Assembly (NCBI GenBank): GCA_016180195.1
Contig: JACPBS010000004.1
Location: 17,485-81,484 of the forward strand
Origin: Candidatus Woesearchaeota archaeon
Lineage (GTDB): Archaea; Nanobdellota; Nanobdellia; Woesearchaeales; UBA10216
DNA length: 64,000 nucleotides
Reading direction: 5' to 3'
Shown here in pieces: positions 1-9,278 of the stretch. Position numbers and translations under genes: made by a program. The notes beneath the pieces are model-generated. The model saw only the letters and a program-made list of their open reading frames with translations, had not been told where the DNA came from and ran no database searches. How positions within the stretch are numbered: position 1 is the first letter of the stretch; each line of letters opens with the position of its first letter.

Positions 1-95
1 GACCTGTTATATGCCACAACTTCATGATTTTTCGAAAGCAGCCTTAGTGCTATGTTTTTGCCCATTCTTCCCAGACCGATTATTCCGATTTTCAT

Positions 96-1211
96 TTAGT
101 CCTCCTTAAACCTGATGATTTTTTTGATAGTTTCCTCGCGGCTCTTTGAAAAAGCAAGCTTGTATTCATCCAGATGATAGATGTTTGTTATTATTTTTTC
201 AATTGCATCAGGTTTTTTTGCATGTATCTCTTCAATATGCTTCAATGCCACCTCGAAGTGTTCCTTTTGTGAGTTCACGCTTCCCATTATGATCAAGTTT
301 TCCCTCACTATTTTGTGCACCATTCCTTTTATGTTGAAGCATAGCTCTTCAGATCCCTTTGGTATGCCGAGGAAAACATAGATTGCGTTTCTTTTCATTA
401 GCTCTATCAGGTCTATGACCATTTGTGTTGCACCTGTTGCTTCTATTACAAGGTCCACTTTGCCTATTTCTTCTTTTAGTATGTTGACATTCTTATTTCT
501 TATATCCACGTATTTTGCACCGAATTCAGTTGCCAGCCTTGCCTTTGCATCTGTATTGTCCCTTCTTCCTAGAACATGTGTTTCTATTCCCTGATTCCTT
601 AATAATGCTATTGCTGACATTCCAACTGAGCCCATTCCGAATACAACTGCTTTTGTTTTCCTGAACTCGTGGGTTGGAATCCTTTTTTGCGCATTCATTA
701 CCTGCTGCAATGCCTTTTCAACTATGCTGAACGGTTCTGCCAGCACAGCCACATTGACAATCCCTTCAGGCACCTTGACAATGTACTCATCTTCCTCCAC
801 AAAGAACTCGGAGAAGTATCCGTGAAGCTTGTGTTGGCCGGCTGCCGTGTATTGTCCTGTCTCGCAGAAATCGCTTCTTCTTGACTTGCAAGGCGCGCAA
901 ATTCCACACCCATGCCGAGGTATCAGGGCAACATGATCTCCCTTCCTGAATCTTGTTTGCTCTCCTGTTTCCACGATTTTCCCAATGGCTTCGTGTCCGA
1001 GTATCAGCTTGTCTTCCCCTGGCGGGCTGTCAACAAGGCTGTTTTCTATTATGTCAATGTCAGTTCCGCATATTCCTGCATCAAGCATCTTTATGCATGC
1101 CTGGTTTGGCTTTGTTACCTGCGGCTTTTCGATAAGAAAGATTTCAGGCTCTTTTTTTCCTTTTCGTACCCCTATCGCCCGAATCTTCATAGCCAATGGG
1201 CCTTTTTCCAT
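96..1211 (-). CDS. Zn-dependent alcohol/sugar dehydrogenase of the medium-chain dehydrogenase/reductase (MDR) family
   Basis: 371 aa. Has GHEAIG-type catalytic Zn motif, structural Zn Cys cluster (CGICAPCKSRRSDFC) and a Rossmann GxGxxG (VFGMGSVGM). Confidence 0.7.
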   Translation of the reverse strand: MEKGPLAMKIRAIGVRKGKKEPEIFLIEKPQVTKPNQACIKMLDAGICGTDIDIIENSLVDSPPGEDKLILGHEAIGKIVETGEQTRFRKGDHVALIPRHGCGICAPCKSRRSDFCETGQYTAAGQHKLHGYFSEFFVEEDEYIVKVPEGIVNVAVLAEPFSIVEKALQQVMNAQKRIPTHEFRKTKAVVFGMGSVGMSAIALLRNQGIETHVLGRRDNTDAKARLATEFGAKYVDIRNKNVNILKEEIGKVDLVIEATGATQMVIDLIELMKRNAIYVFLGIPKGSEELCFNIKGMVHKIVRENLIIMGSVNSQKEHFEVALKHIEEIHAKKPDAIEKIITNIYHLDEYKLAFSKSREETIKKIIRFKED

Positions 1212-1264
1212 TTTTTTAAAGTTATTGCAAAGGGTTTATAAATATTCAATTCCCTTTTTTAAGA

Positions 1265-2995
1265 ATGAAGAACTCCGAGGTTGCAAAGATTCTTTACGAT
1301 ATTGCCGATCTTCTTGAGCTTCAGGCAGTGCCTTTCAAGCCCATGGCTTACAGGAAGGCTGCTAGGAGCATTGATGAGCATCCTGAAGATATTGATCAGG
1401 TTTATGCAAGTTCAGGTATTAAGGGCCTGATGGGTATCCCGGGGATAGGAAAGGGTATAGCTGTGAAGATTGAGGACTTGTTGAAGACCGGGAGAATGAG
1501 GTATTATGATGACCTCAGGTCAAGGTTTCCACCGCATATTTCTTCTTTGATTGAGGTTCCTGGGCTTGGGCCAAGGAAGGTTAATGTGCTTCATGAAAAG
1601 CTGAGGATAAGCAGCATAGAAGACCTGGAAATGGCTGCAAATGAACACAGGATTTCCGCAATAAAAGGATTTGGGAGGAAGTCTGAGGAGGATATTTTGA
1701 AGGGGATTGCATTGTTCAGGGCTGGCCAGAAGAGGATGCTTCTGTTTTATGCATTTCCTGTTGCTTCTGAAATTGAAAAGCGAATTGGCTCCCTTGATTT
1801 CGTGAAGAAGGCTGTTGTTGCTGGTTCGTTCAGGAGAAAAAACGAGACCATAGGCGATCTAGACATACTTGCAGTCTCATCCTATCCTGACAAGGTTGTC
1901 TCTTATTTCATTAATATGCCTGAAGTTGACCGGGTTCTTTCCAAGGGAAGCACCAAGAGCAGCATCTTGCTCAGGAACGGGCTTCAGGTTGATCTGAGGA
2001 TTGTTGGAGAGGGAAGCTTTGGATCTGCCCTGCAGTATTTCACAGGTGACATAAGGCACAACGTAAGGCTTCGCGAAATCGCTTCCAGGAAAGGATTAAA
2101 GCTCAATGAGTATGGGCTGTTTGACAAAAAAAACAGGTTTTGTGCAGGCAGATCTGAAAAGGAGGTTTACAATTATCTGGGCTTGGAGTACATTGAGCCT
2201 GAACTTAGGAATGACCGCGGTGAAGTTGAGGCATCTTTGAAAGGAAGGCTTCCGAAACTCCTGCAATATGGGTCGATAAGGGGGGATCTTCATGTGCATA
2301 CCAAGATGAGCGATGGCACGGCAGGCATCAGGGAAATGGCTGATGCTGCCCGTGATTTGGGTTATGAATATATTGCCATCACAGACCATTCGGTTTCGGA
2401 GAGGATAGCTTCAGGTTTGCCCGAGGAACGGATGAGCACTTGGCTTTCAGAGATAAGGAGGTTTGCAAGGTCTTATGAGGGGCTGAAGATACTTGCAGGG
2501 TCTGAGGTGAGCATAAGGGCTGACGGAAGCTTGGATTACATTGATAGTTTGCTTAAAAAGATGGATTTCGTTGTTGCGTCTATCCACTCTAGGTTTAAAA
2601 GCGGCAGGAAAGAGATGACCGCACGCATTATTTCTGCATTGGAAAATGAGCATGTTGATGTTCTTGCGCATCCTACGGGTAGGCTGATTTACAGGAGGGA
2701 CCCCTTGGACTTCGATCTTAAGGCAGTCTTCAGGTCAGCAGTGGATAATGGTGTATGCCTGGAAATCAATTCTCAGGCTGACAGGATGGACCTTAAGGAT
2801 GTTCATGTCAAGGAGGCAAAGGATATGGGAGCTCGGTTTGTAATTAGCACTGACTCTCACAGCGTTCATGAACTGAAGAACATGTGGATTGGCGTCTCAA
2901 TCGGCAGGAGGGGATGGCTTTCTGCGGATGATGTTATAAATACAAGAAAATTCAGGGATTTTGTCAGGATTCTAGGGAAGGGCAGGCTTCCCTGA
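1265..2995 (+). CDS. polX: DNA polymerase X family with C-terminal PHP phosphoesterase domain
   Basis: 576 aa. N-terminal helix-hairpin-helix motifs (GIPGIGKGIA, VPGLGPRKV), pol-beta-like nucleotidyltransferase core (GSFRR...GDLDIL) and PHP motif HVHTKMSDG...ITDHS. Confidence 0.85.
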   Translation: MKNSEVAKILYDIADLLELQAVPFKPMAYRKAARSIDEHPEDIDQVYASSGIKGLMGIPGIGKGIAVKIEDLLKTGRMRYYDDLRSRFPPHISSLIEVPGLGPRKVNVLHEKLRISSIEDLEMAANEHRISAIKGFGRKSEEDILKGIALFRAGQKRMLLFYAFPVASEIEKRIGSLDFVKKAVVAGSFRRKNETIGDLDILAVSSYPDKVVSYFINMPEVDRVLSKGSTKSSILLRNGLQVDLRIVGEGSFGSALQYFTGDIRHNVRLREIASRKGLKLNEYGLFDKKNRFCAGRSEKEVYNYLGLEYIEPELRNDRGEVEASLKGRLPKLLQYGSIRGDLHVHTKMSDGTAGIREMADAARDLGYEYIAITDHSVSERIASGLPEERMSTWLSEIRRFARSYEGLKILAGSEVSIRADGSLDYIDSLLKKMDFVVASIHSRFKSGRKEMTARIISALENEHVDVLAHPTGRLIYRRDPLDFDLKAVFRSAVDNGVCLEINSQADRMDLKDVHVKEAKDMGARFVISTDSHSVHELKNMWIGVSIGRRGWLSADDVINTRKFRDFVRILGKGRLP

Positions 2996-3482
2996 AATCA
3001 GGGCAGCAGTCTCCGTATGTTTGGCACCTGTTGTCGCAATAGCAGTTATCTTCTGATTTTGCACCGCAGTACCCGGAACAGCTCTTTGTCTTTATGGTCT
3101 CCACTACCTTCACCTTTACCACGCAAATGTTCTTTTCGCATTCAGAGGTCATCGGGCATTCTTCGCTGGTCTGGCACCTTATTGGCTCCAGCCCGGGGGA
3201 TGAGCCCGCTACGGCTCCTGTTATTTCGTTCTCAAGCCAGTTTCCTTCGGGCTCAGACATGTCAATTGCACAGTAGCCCTGAATGCAGCTTCCCTGCACG
3301 CAATCGGATTGCGTTTTGCAATTAAGCTCGGAATTAAAAAATGCGCCAGTTAAAGTGTCATTCCTTAAGTCGATGAAAGCAAGCCCGGCTGCGGACAGGA
3401 AGGTTATGCCCAGTATCCACAGAAAGGGGTTGTTTATGTCCACCTTTTGTTTTTTTTGCGCACCTTTTTTCATGAGTTTCAA
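2964..3482 (-). CDS. Membrane-anchored cysteine-rich extracellular protein with C-terminal somatomedin-B-like domain
   Basis: 172 aa. N-terminal TM helix (FLWILGITFLSAAGLAFI), two Cys-rich modules, and C-terminal CSGYCGAKSEDNCYCDNRCQTYGDCCPDFREAC, which matches the SMB pattern C-x-C-x3-C-x5-CC-x-D-F-x3-C. Overlaps polX 3' end convergently by 32 nt. Confidence 0.55.
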   Translation of the reverse strand: MKLMKKGAQKKQKVDINNPFLWILGITFLSAAGLAFIDLRNDTLTGAFFNSELNCKTQSDCVQGSCIQGYCAIDMSEPEGNWLENEITGAVAGSSPGLEPIRCQTSEECPMTSECEKNICVVKVKVVETIKTKSCSGYCGAKSEDNCYCDNRCQTYGDCCPDFREACPSLES

Positions 3483-3486
3483 TTGG

Positions 3487-4125
3487 TTAAGGTTGTTTAT
3501 TAATCTTTTGTAATTCCTGCTTTGTTCTTGTTGAGAGCCTGTGAGCCCGGTAAATTTGTTCAGGCATCTTATGGGGAGGCCTGAGGCTTTTCTTCACCAT
3601 TTCTATGCTCGCCTGGATGCTTACCCTGTGCCCTGGGCTGATATATACTGGCTTGCTGTATTCCCTTGTCCTTAATTCAAAGCCCCTGATCTCGTTGTTG
3701 AAGGTCACTTTTCCGTCAGGCTCAATCTCGCCGCAAAGCAGTGTTTTTGCCACGCCTATTGTTGGTATGTCAAGCATTATTCCGATGTGTGAAGCCAGGC
3801 CTATCCTTAGCGGATGGAGTATTCCATGCCCTTCAACTATCATCAGGTCAGGCTTGTTTTTCAGCTTGCTGTACGAGTCCTTTATCGCACTACCTTCGCG
3901 AAAAAACCTGTACCCCGGAATATAGGGGAAACTTGAATCCGTAACTGATACCTGCTCTTCTACCTTATTCATATCGCTGTCAAGCAGGACTATTGCTGAT
4001 ATTACTTTTTTCCCTATGAATGCCTGCTGAACACCGCCGATCAAATCAGCTTTTTTGAAATCATCCCTGGTTAGCACTCTTGTGGCCATTTCAATCTGTT
4101 CCCGGTTGTATTTCTGAAGGTTCAT
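3487..4125 (-). CDS. nfi: Endonuclease V
   Basis: 212 aa. Has the conserved PYIPGYRFFREG motif (YIPG..FRE) and HPLRIGLASHIG. Confidence 0.8.
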   Translation of the reverse strand: MNLQKYNREQIEMATRVLTRDDFKKADLIGGVQQAFIGKKVISAIVLLDSDMNKVEEQVSVTDSSFPYIPGYRFFREGSAIKDSYSKLKNKPDLMIVEGHGILHPLRIGLASHIGIMLDIPTIGVAKTLLCGEIEPDGKVTFNNEIRGFELRTREYSKPVYISPGHRVSIQASIEMVKKSLRPPHKMPEQIYRAHRLSTRTKQELQKINKQP

Positions 4126-4135
4126 TTTGAAAGCA

Positions 4136-4235
4136 TGGGCCCACCCGGAGTTTCGTGTGTATCAGTTTACCACAAGTTCGAACCGGGGACCCTCACCCTG
4201 TGAAGGTGATGTCATTGCCGCTAGACCATGGGCCC
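4136..4235 (-). tRNA. tRNA-Val(CAC) with a ~27-nt insertion (putative non-canonical intron) in the T-loop
   Basis: Reverse complement reads GGGCCCA-TG-GTCT-AGCGGCAA-TGAC-A-TCACC-TTCACAG-GGTGA-GGGTC-CCCGG-TTCGAAC-[27 nt]-CCGGG-TGGGCCC-A. It has a perfect 7-bp acceptor stem, a 5-bp anticodon stem and a 5-bp T stem. The anticodon loop is TTCACAG, giving anticodon CAC. The 27 extra nt lie between T-loop and 3' T-stem. Confidence 0.65.
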
Positions 4236-4316
4236 AATAAAAGAGCAGACAAGAAAAAGGCATATAAGAATTTTTTGGCAGAAATAATTAAATATTTCAC
4301 CGTTTCCTGTTTTATC

Positions 4317-4700
4317 ATGCCTTATTCGAGCATTCTTGTATGTATTAGCAACCCGCGGCATGGTGAGGAGATGGCCAGGCTCGCCCTCTCTGTTTCAGCC
4401 AGGGAAAGAAAAATCGTGTTCCTTCGTGTTTGCGGGCACATAGATGATGCTGTTGTCAGGGAATTCGACAGGGACCTGGCTTTTATGGATGGCGGGCCTG
4501 TGAGGTTTGAGAAGCGGATCGTTGAGTCCGACGATCCTGCGAGGACTATACTTGATGTCGCTGCAAGGGAGAATTCAGACCTTATCATTATCGGCTCAGC
4601 AGCCCATAAGGGGGTGATAAACAGGGTTGCGGGCAGCATTTCCTTCAAGTTGATGAAGGGTTCTAATGCTGCGGTGGTTGTGGTTAGGTCAAGAATCTAG
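4317..4700 (+). CDS. Universal stress protein (UspA family)
   Basis: ORF track starts at 4155 but that overlaps the tRNA. The internal ATG at 4317 gives MPYSSILVCISNP..., a typical Usp N-terminus, and a C-terminal ATP-binding motif IIIGSAAHKG...GS. Confidence 0.65.
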   Translation: MPYSSILVCISNPRHGEEMARLALSVSARERKIVFLRVCGHIDDAVVREFDRDLAFMDGGPVRFEKRIVESDDPARTILDVAARENSDLIIIGSAAHKGVINRVAGSISFKLMKGSNAAVVVVRSRI

Positions 4701-5842
4701 CGGCTGAACAATATGGCCTTCAATGTTTCCTTCCCAAGCAGAACTGTGCGTTCTTCATCTGTTTTGAACCCGTATTTTTCTGCGCTTTTCTTAAGCAGAT
4801 CCGTGTTCCGGGCCAGAAGCCCTATTTTTCCGTTCTTTGAGATTATGTATTGAGCTTGGTAGAACAACTCGTTGTTTAGCTTTTCAACGAATTTCTCTCC
4901 GATTCTTTTTGATGACTCTGGCGGGTTCGTTATTAACCTGTCTATTTCCCCTTCTGAAAATTTTGTATCGAGCCATTCAATATCGAGCCTGCTGAATGAG
5001 ATGCTCTTGTTTACACCGGCCAGCTTCGCATTTTTTTGCGCCGCGGTTATGCTGGGCATTGAAGAGTCAATGCCGATGATCCTTCGTTTCTGGGACTCGT
5101 TTTCCTGTGAGTCTATTTTTTCATAAAAAGTTTCCCAGTCCTCGTTATCAAGCGGCTTTAGGTGCTTGAATGCCAGGGCCTCCTTCCGGTAGAAGTTTAC
5201 TGGCTTTCCAGTCTGGTATAATGCTGCCTCTATTGGTATGATTCCTGATTTTGTGAACGGATCTATCAGGGAATTTGTTTTTTTGGTGCCTGAGAACCTG
5301 AGCATGCAATATGCCATAGTTCCTTTTAGGGCTGCAGGGTGTGCGAATATCCTGTAGTCCCTTTTGCTCAGGTCTATTCCGCTGAAGTCAATTCCGATAT
5401 AGCCTTTTTGGTTAAGTATATGTATGAAGAAAATGAGGTCCGGGCTTTCAAAGTTTACGTCCTTGTTTGTCTTCTCTTTTATCAGCCTGCTGGTTTCCGC
5501 GGAAAGGTCCTGGCTGTTGAAGGAATGCTCTCCTGTCCTTATGCAGGATACCTTGAAGGATGTCCCGTCTGAAATCCATTGCGAAAGGTCCGTTTCAGAA
5601 AGGATGCCTTTTATCGAAGAGACAGCAGAGCTCAGCTCATTGTTAACCGAAAATTGGCCTAGCAGGTGAAGCGACTTGATGGCTGACTGGGACTTGTACG
5701 TGAAAGCGCAGAGGTCTGTGAATTTCCTGTACTCGAATATGGAGACTGATTCATCTGTCGCCGGGCTTGATCCTATCATTTCCTCGACTTCTCTTGAAAG
5801 GATGTCTTCAAATCCCCTGTGCGTTATTGATATTCCTTTCAT
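4697..5842 (-). CDS. THUMP-domain RNA (guanine-N2/adenine-N6 type) methyltransferase, likely tRNA m2G methyltransferase
   Basis: 381 aa. N-terminal THUMP-like region, methylase core with motif I (GIDSSMPSI) and catalytic NPP motif (LITNPPESS). Confidence 0.6.
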   Translation of the reverse strand: MKGISITHRGFEDILSREVEEMIGSSPATDESVSIFEYRKFTDLCAFTYKSQSAIKSLHLLGQFSVNNELSSAVSSIKGILSETDLSQWISDGTSFKVSCIRTGEHSFNSQDLSAETSRLIKEKTNKDVNFESPDLIFFIHILNQKGYIGIDFSGIDLSKRDYRIFAHPAALKGTMAYCMLRFSGTKKTNSLIDPFTKSGIIPIEAALYQTGKPVNFYRKEALAFKHLKPLDNEDWETFYEKIDSQENESQKRRIIGIDSSMPSITAAQKNAKLAGVNKSISFSRLDIEWLDTKFSEGEIDRLITNPPESSKRIGEKFVEKLNNELFYQAQYIISKNGKIGLLARNTDLLKKSAEKYGFKTDEERTVLLGKETLKAILFSR

Positions 5843-8283
5843 GCCGGGTGGTTGTTCCCCTCGTTCGGGACTATTGCTGCCGCCACCACCTTGTCATTTT
5901 GATCGAGCTTCATTATCCTCACGCCCTGTGTGTTTCGGCCTATCTCGGAGATGTCTTTTGCAGTTATCCTTATGCCTATTCCCTTCTTGCTGATTATCAT
6001 AAGGTCGTCAGATTCGGATACAGATTTTATGACCGCAACCTTTCCATTTCGTTCATTTGTCTGTATGTTGATGACGCCAAGGCCGCCCCTGTTTATGAGC
6101 CTGTACTCGTCAACCTTTGTCCTTTTGCCATATCCATTCTCGGTTATGGTCAGCAGGCTTTTCTCAGCGACTACCATTCCGATTACTTCATCGCCCGATT
6201 TCAGCCTTATTCCCCTCACACCCTGTGATGATCTTCCTGTCTCCCTTACATCGGACTCGTTGAACCTTGCCGCAAGGCCGTTCTTTGTGGCTATTATTAC
6301 TTCCCTGTTCATCTCTGTAAGCTCTACGCCAACAAGCTTGTCGTTTTCATCGAGCGTGATTGATATTATCCCTCCTTTTCTTGGCTTCGAGTATTCTGAA
6401 AGGCTTGTTTTCTTGATAACCCCGTTTTTGGTTGACATTAGAAGCCCGTATTTTCCATCAAACTCCTTTACCGGGATGTATGCTGTTATCTTCTCGTCCT
6501 CAAGGTCCAGCAGGTTGACAATGGCCTTGCCCATTGCAAGCCTTGATGCCTCAGGTATCTTGTAAACCTTCAGCCAGTGGGCTATGCCCTTGTCTGTGAA
6601 GAAGAGTATGTAGCTGTGGGTATTTGCGTAGAATATGCTTTCTACGAAGTCCTGCTCGCCTATTTCCGCGGCTATGATTCCTTTCCCGCCCCTTTTTTGC
6701 TGCCTGTATGCGTCAAGTGACAGCCTTTTAATGTATCCATTGTGGGTTATTGTTACTACAGCATCCTGGGATGGGATAAGGTCCTCAATCTCAAAATCCT
6801 CGACGCCTTCACCTATCTCTGTCCGTCTTGGATCCGAATATTTCTGCTTGAGCTCTGTTGTTTCGTTTTCTATTATCTCGAGTATTCTTTTATCATCTGA
6901 AAGTATCTCCTTCAGGTGGTTTATGAGTTTTGTAAGCTCTTCGAATTCGAGCTTGACTTTTTCCTGCTCAAGCGAAGCGAGTCTTTGGAGCTTTATTTCA
7001 AGTATTGCACTTGCCTGCTTATCAGAAATGCTGTATTGGGAGATGAGCCCTGTCTTCGCAGCAGCTGCATCCCTTGATTTTCTTATCAGGATGATGACAT
7101 TTTCGATGTTCTTTAGCGCGATAATTATTCCTTGAAGTATATGTGCCTTCTCCTCTGCTTTTTTCAATTCGAAGGATGTTCTTCTCCTTACAACATGTTG
7201 CCTGTGCCTTATGAAGCTCTGGATAACTTCCTTCAGGTCAAGGGTCCTGGGCTCATTGTTCTGGAGCGCGATCATCATTATTCCGAATGTTGTCTCCAGC
7301 TTTGTGTGCGTGAACAGCTGGTTCATTACAACTTCCTGGTTTGCATCCTTTTTCAGCTCTATGACTATCCTCAGGCCTTCCTTGTCGCTTTCATCCCTGA
7401 GATCAGATATTCCCTGGATTTTTTTCTCCCGTATCAGGTCTGCCATTTCCTCGATGAGCTGCGATTTGTTGACCTGGAAAGGTATCTCGTTGACTATCAT
7501 TCTTTGCCGATCCTTGTTTTTTTCAACAGATATCTTTGCCCTTATTGTTATTAGGCCCCTGCCTGTCTTGTAAGCCTGCCTGATTCCTGCATTTCCGCAT
7601 ATTATGCCTCCGGTGGGGAAGTCAGGCCCTTTAATGTGATGCATCAGCTCATCCATGCATATCTCCGGGTTTTTGATAGTTGCAATTACGGCATCGGCAA
7701 CCTCCTTGAAATTGTGGGGAGGGATGTTCGTTGCCATTCCCACCGCGATCCCTGAGCTTCCGTTTATCAGCAGGTTAGGTATCTTGGAGGGGAGCACAAG
7801 AGGTTCTTCCAGGCTTGCATCGAAATTCGGGACAAAATCAACTGTCTCTTTTTCAATATCTATTAGTAGCTCCTCCGCTATCCTGGAAAGCCTTGCTTCA
7901 GTATACCTTATTGCGGCTGCTGAGTCGCCGTCTATGCTTCCCCAGTTACCTTGCCCGTCTATGAGGGGGTACCTTAATGAGAAATCCTGTGCCATTCGCA
8001 CCATTGTATCGTACACTGCTGATTCTGAGTGAGGATGGTACTTCCCAAGGCAGTCACCTATTATCCTTGCGCTTTTCCTGTACTGCTTGTTGTGCAACAG
8101 GCCGAGGTCATGGTACATTGCATAAAGCACGCGCCTTTGGACAGGTTTCAGGCCGTCCCTTAAATCTGGAAGTGCTCTTGCAACAAGGACAGACATCGCA
8201 TAGTCCAGGTATGATGTCTTCATTTCCTGGGAGATCTCCCTGTTCAGTATGCTGACCGCTGCTTTAGTAGTTTCAGAATTCAT
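5839..8283 (-). CDS. gyrA: DNA gyrase subunit A
   Basis: 814 aa. Has the [29 protein letters not shown] signature and C-terminal beta-pinwheel repeats. No gyrB adjacent in window. Confidence 0.9.
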   Translation of the reverse strand: MNSETTKAAVSILNREISQEMKTSYLDYAMSVLVARALPDLRDGLKPVQRRVLYAMYHDLGLLHNKQYRKSARIIGDCLGKYHPHSESAVYDTMVRMAQDFSLRYPLIDGQGNWGSIDGDSAAAIRYTEARLSRIAEELLIDIEKETVDFVPNFDASLEEPLVLPSKIPNLLINGSSGIAVGMATNIPPHNFKEVADAVIATIKNPEICMDELMHHIKGPDFPTGGIICGNAGIRQAYKTGRGLITIRAKISVEKNKDRQRMIVNEIPFQVNKSQLIEEMADLIREKKIQGISDLRDESDKEGLRIVIELKKDANQEVVMNQLFTHTKLETTFGIMMIALQNNEPRTLDLKEVIQSFIRHRQHVVRRRTSFELKKAEEKAHILQGIIIALKNIENVIILIRKSRDAAAAKTGLISQYSISDKQASAILEIKLQRLASLEQEKVKLEFEELTKLINHLKEILSDDKRILEIIENETTELKQKYSDPRRTEIGEGVEDFEIEDLIPSQDAVVTITHNGYIKRLSLDAYRQQKRGGKGIIAAEIGEQDFVESIFYANTHSYILFFTDKGIAHWLKVYKIPEASRLAMGKAIVNLLDLEDEKITAYIPVKEFDGKYGLLMSTKNGVIKKTSLSEYSKPRKGGIISITLDENDKLVGVELTEMNREVIIATKNGLAARFNESDVRETGRSSQGVRGIRLKSGDEVIGMVVAEKSLLTITENGYGKRTKVDEYRLINRGGLGVINIQTNERNGKVAVIKSVSESDDLMIISKKGIGIRITAKDISEIGRNTQGVRIMKLDQNDKVVAAAIVPNEGNNHPA

Positions 8284-8332
8284 TTTTCAGTCAGTAAAAC
8301 CGAAAAATTTGCTGGTTTAAAAAGCTTTGGAA

Positions 8333-8440
8333 TCAGACCTTTTTCTTCATGAACGCGTACTGCATTGCCATGCTCAGCCTGCCTATTATCACTCCGATAA
8401 TGAATACCAGGAAATAAATGAAAAGATCCAAGCCGTCCAT
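8333..8440 (-). CDS. Candidate small hydrophobic peptide (35 aa) immediately upstream of gyrA
   Basis: MDGLDLFIYFLVFIIGVIIGRLSMAMQYAFMKKKV: single TM helix plus a basic tail. Not in the ORF track, which has a length cutoff. Speculative. Confidence 0.2.
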   Translation of the reverse strand: MDGLDLFIYFLVFIIGVIIGRLSMAMQYAFMKKKV

Positions 8441-8472
8441 TTTTTCCTGTTTCTATGCTAGCTTAATAAACT

Positions 8473-9156
8473 TTACCTGGCCAGATATCCCCTGGTCAGC
8501 TGTATGCTTTCCACGCTTTGATCGTTGGGTGTCAATGAGGCGGCAAGAATTCCCCTTGGCATTGAGTCGCCTAATATGTATGTGCTGACATTGAAGCCCG
8601 CATTAATCAGCTTTTCTCCCTTTTCGGAAAGGTCTGCCCTTACATGTAAGAGTTCCTGCTTCCTTGCACTTTTGTAGGCAATGTTTTTCCAGCGTATCGG
8701 CGGGCTATAGACGAGGCTGCACCTTGTCCTGATGGCTGCATTGACAACCTCATCCTCAAATCCACTGGGTTTGTCCGCTATCAGCGTTGTGCCTGTGTTT
8801 ACAAGGCCCCATCTTACAATTTCATCCAAATCCGCGTTGAGGAAACTTGTGCGGGATTGGAATGTTCTCGAAATAATGTTTGCAACCCTTACTGCTTTCT
8901 CCTTCGGGTCTGTTGCCAATGCTTCCCCTGTCAGGTAGCTTGCGAAAATAGAAGGTATTGCTGTGCCGCATCCAACTTCAATAATCCTTCCAGCGATTCT
9001 TGACGCACTATAAGCCATGTTGAGGGCTGTATAAACATCCAACTCCGCTATTTCCGTTATTGTATCTTCGGGCCATTCAACACGCGTGGAAATTGCCCGA
9101 ATATTAACTGGCAGAACATAGCTTAGGATTCCTGAATAAAGCTGATTTATGGCCAT
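8473..9156 (-). CDS. Class I SAM-dependent methyltransferase (MTS-like small domain)
   Basis: 227 aa. Motif I IIEVGCGTAIPS, acidic motif II, and a possible amino-methyltransferase motif IADKPSGF. Confidence 0.55.
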   Translation of the reverse strand: MAINQLYSGILSYVLPVNIRAISTRVEWPEDTITEIAELDVYTALNMAYSASRIAGRIIEVGCGTAIPSIFASYLTGEALATDPKEKAVRVANIISRTFQSRTSFLNADLDEIVRWGLVNTGTTLIADKPSGFEDEVVNAAIRTRCSLVYSPPIRWKNIAYKSARKQELLHVRADLSEKGEKLINAGFNVSTYILGDSMPRGILAASLTPNDQSVESIQLTRGYLAR

Positions 9157-9278
9157 AATAAGGGATTTTCAGCCTATGTTTTATTTCTTTTTGAAAATAT
9201 TATTCTTAAAAGAATATTTCAGTCAAAAAATATTATAAATAGGTTCAATAGCGCATTTGGAATAGGTGAAATTCAAAA

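Noticed and set aside
4155-4316. Long N-terminal extension of the usp ORF (start 4155)
   Set aside because: It overlaps the tRNA-Val gene on the opposite strand and has no Usp-like sequence. The internal ATG at 4317 gives a normal Usp N-terminus.
5839-8283. Alternative call of the 814-aa topoisomerase as topo IV ParC
   Set aside because: It has a full C-terminal wrapping domain and the archaeal genomic context. Archaea that carry type IIA enzymes have gyrase. The gene is called gyrA although gyrB is not in the window.
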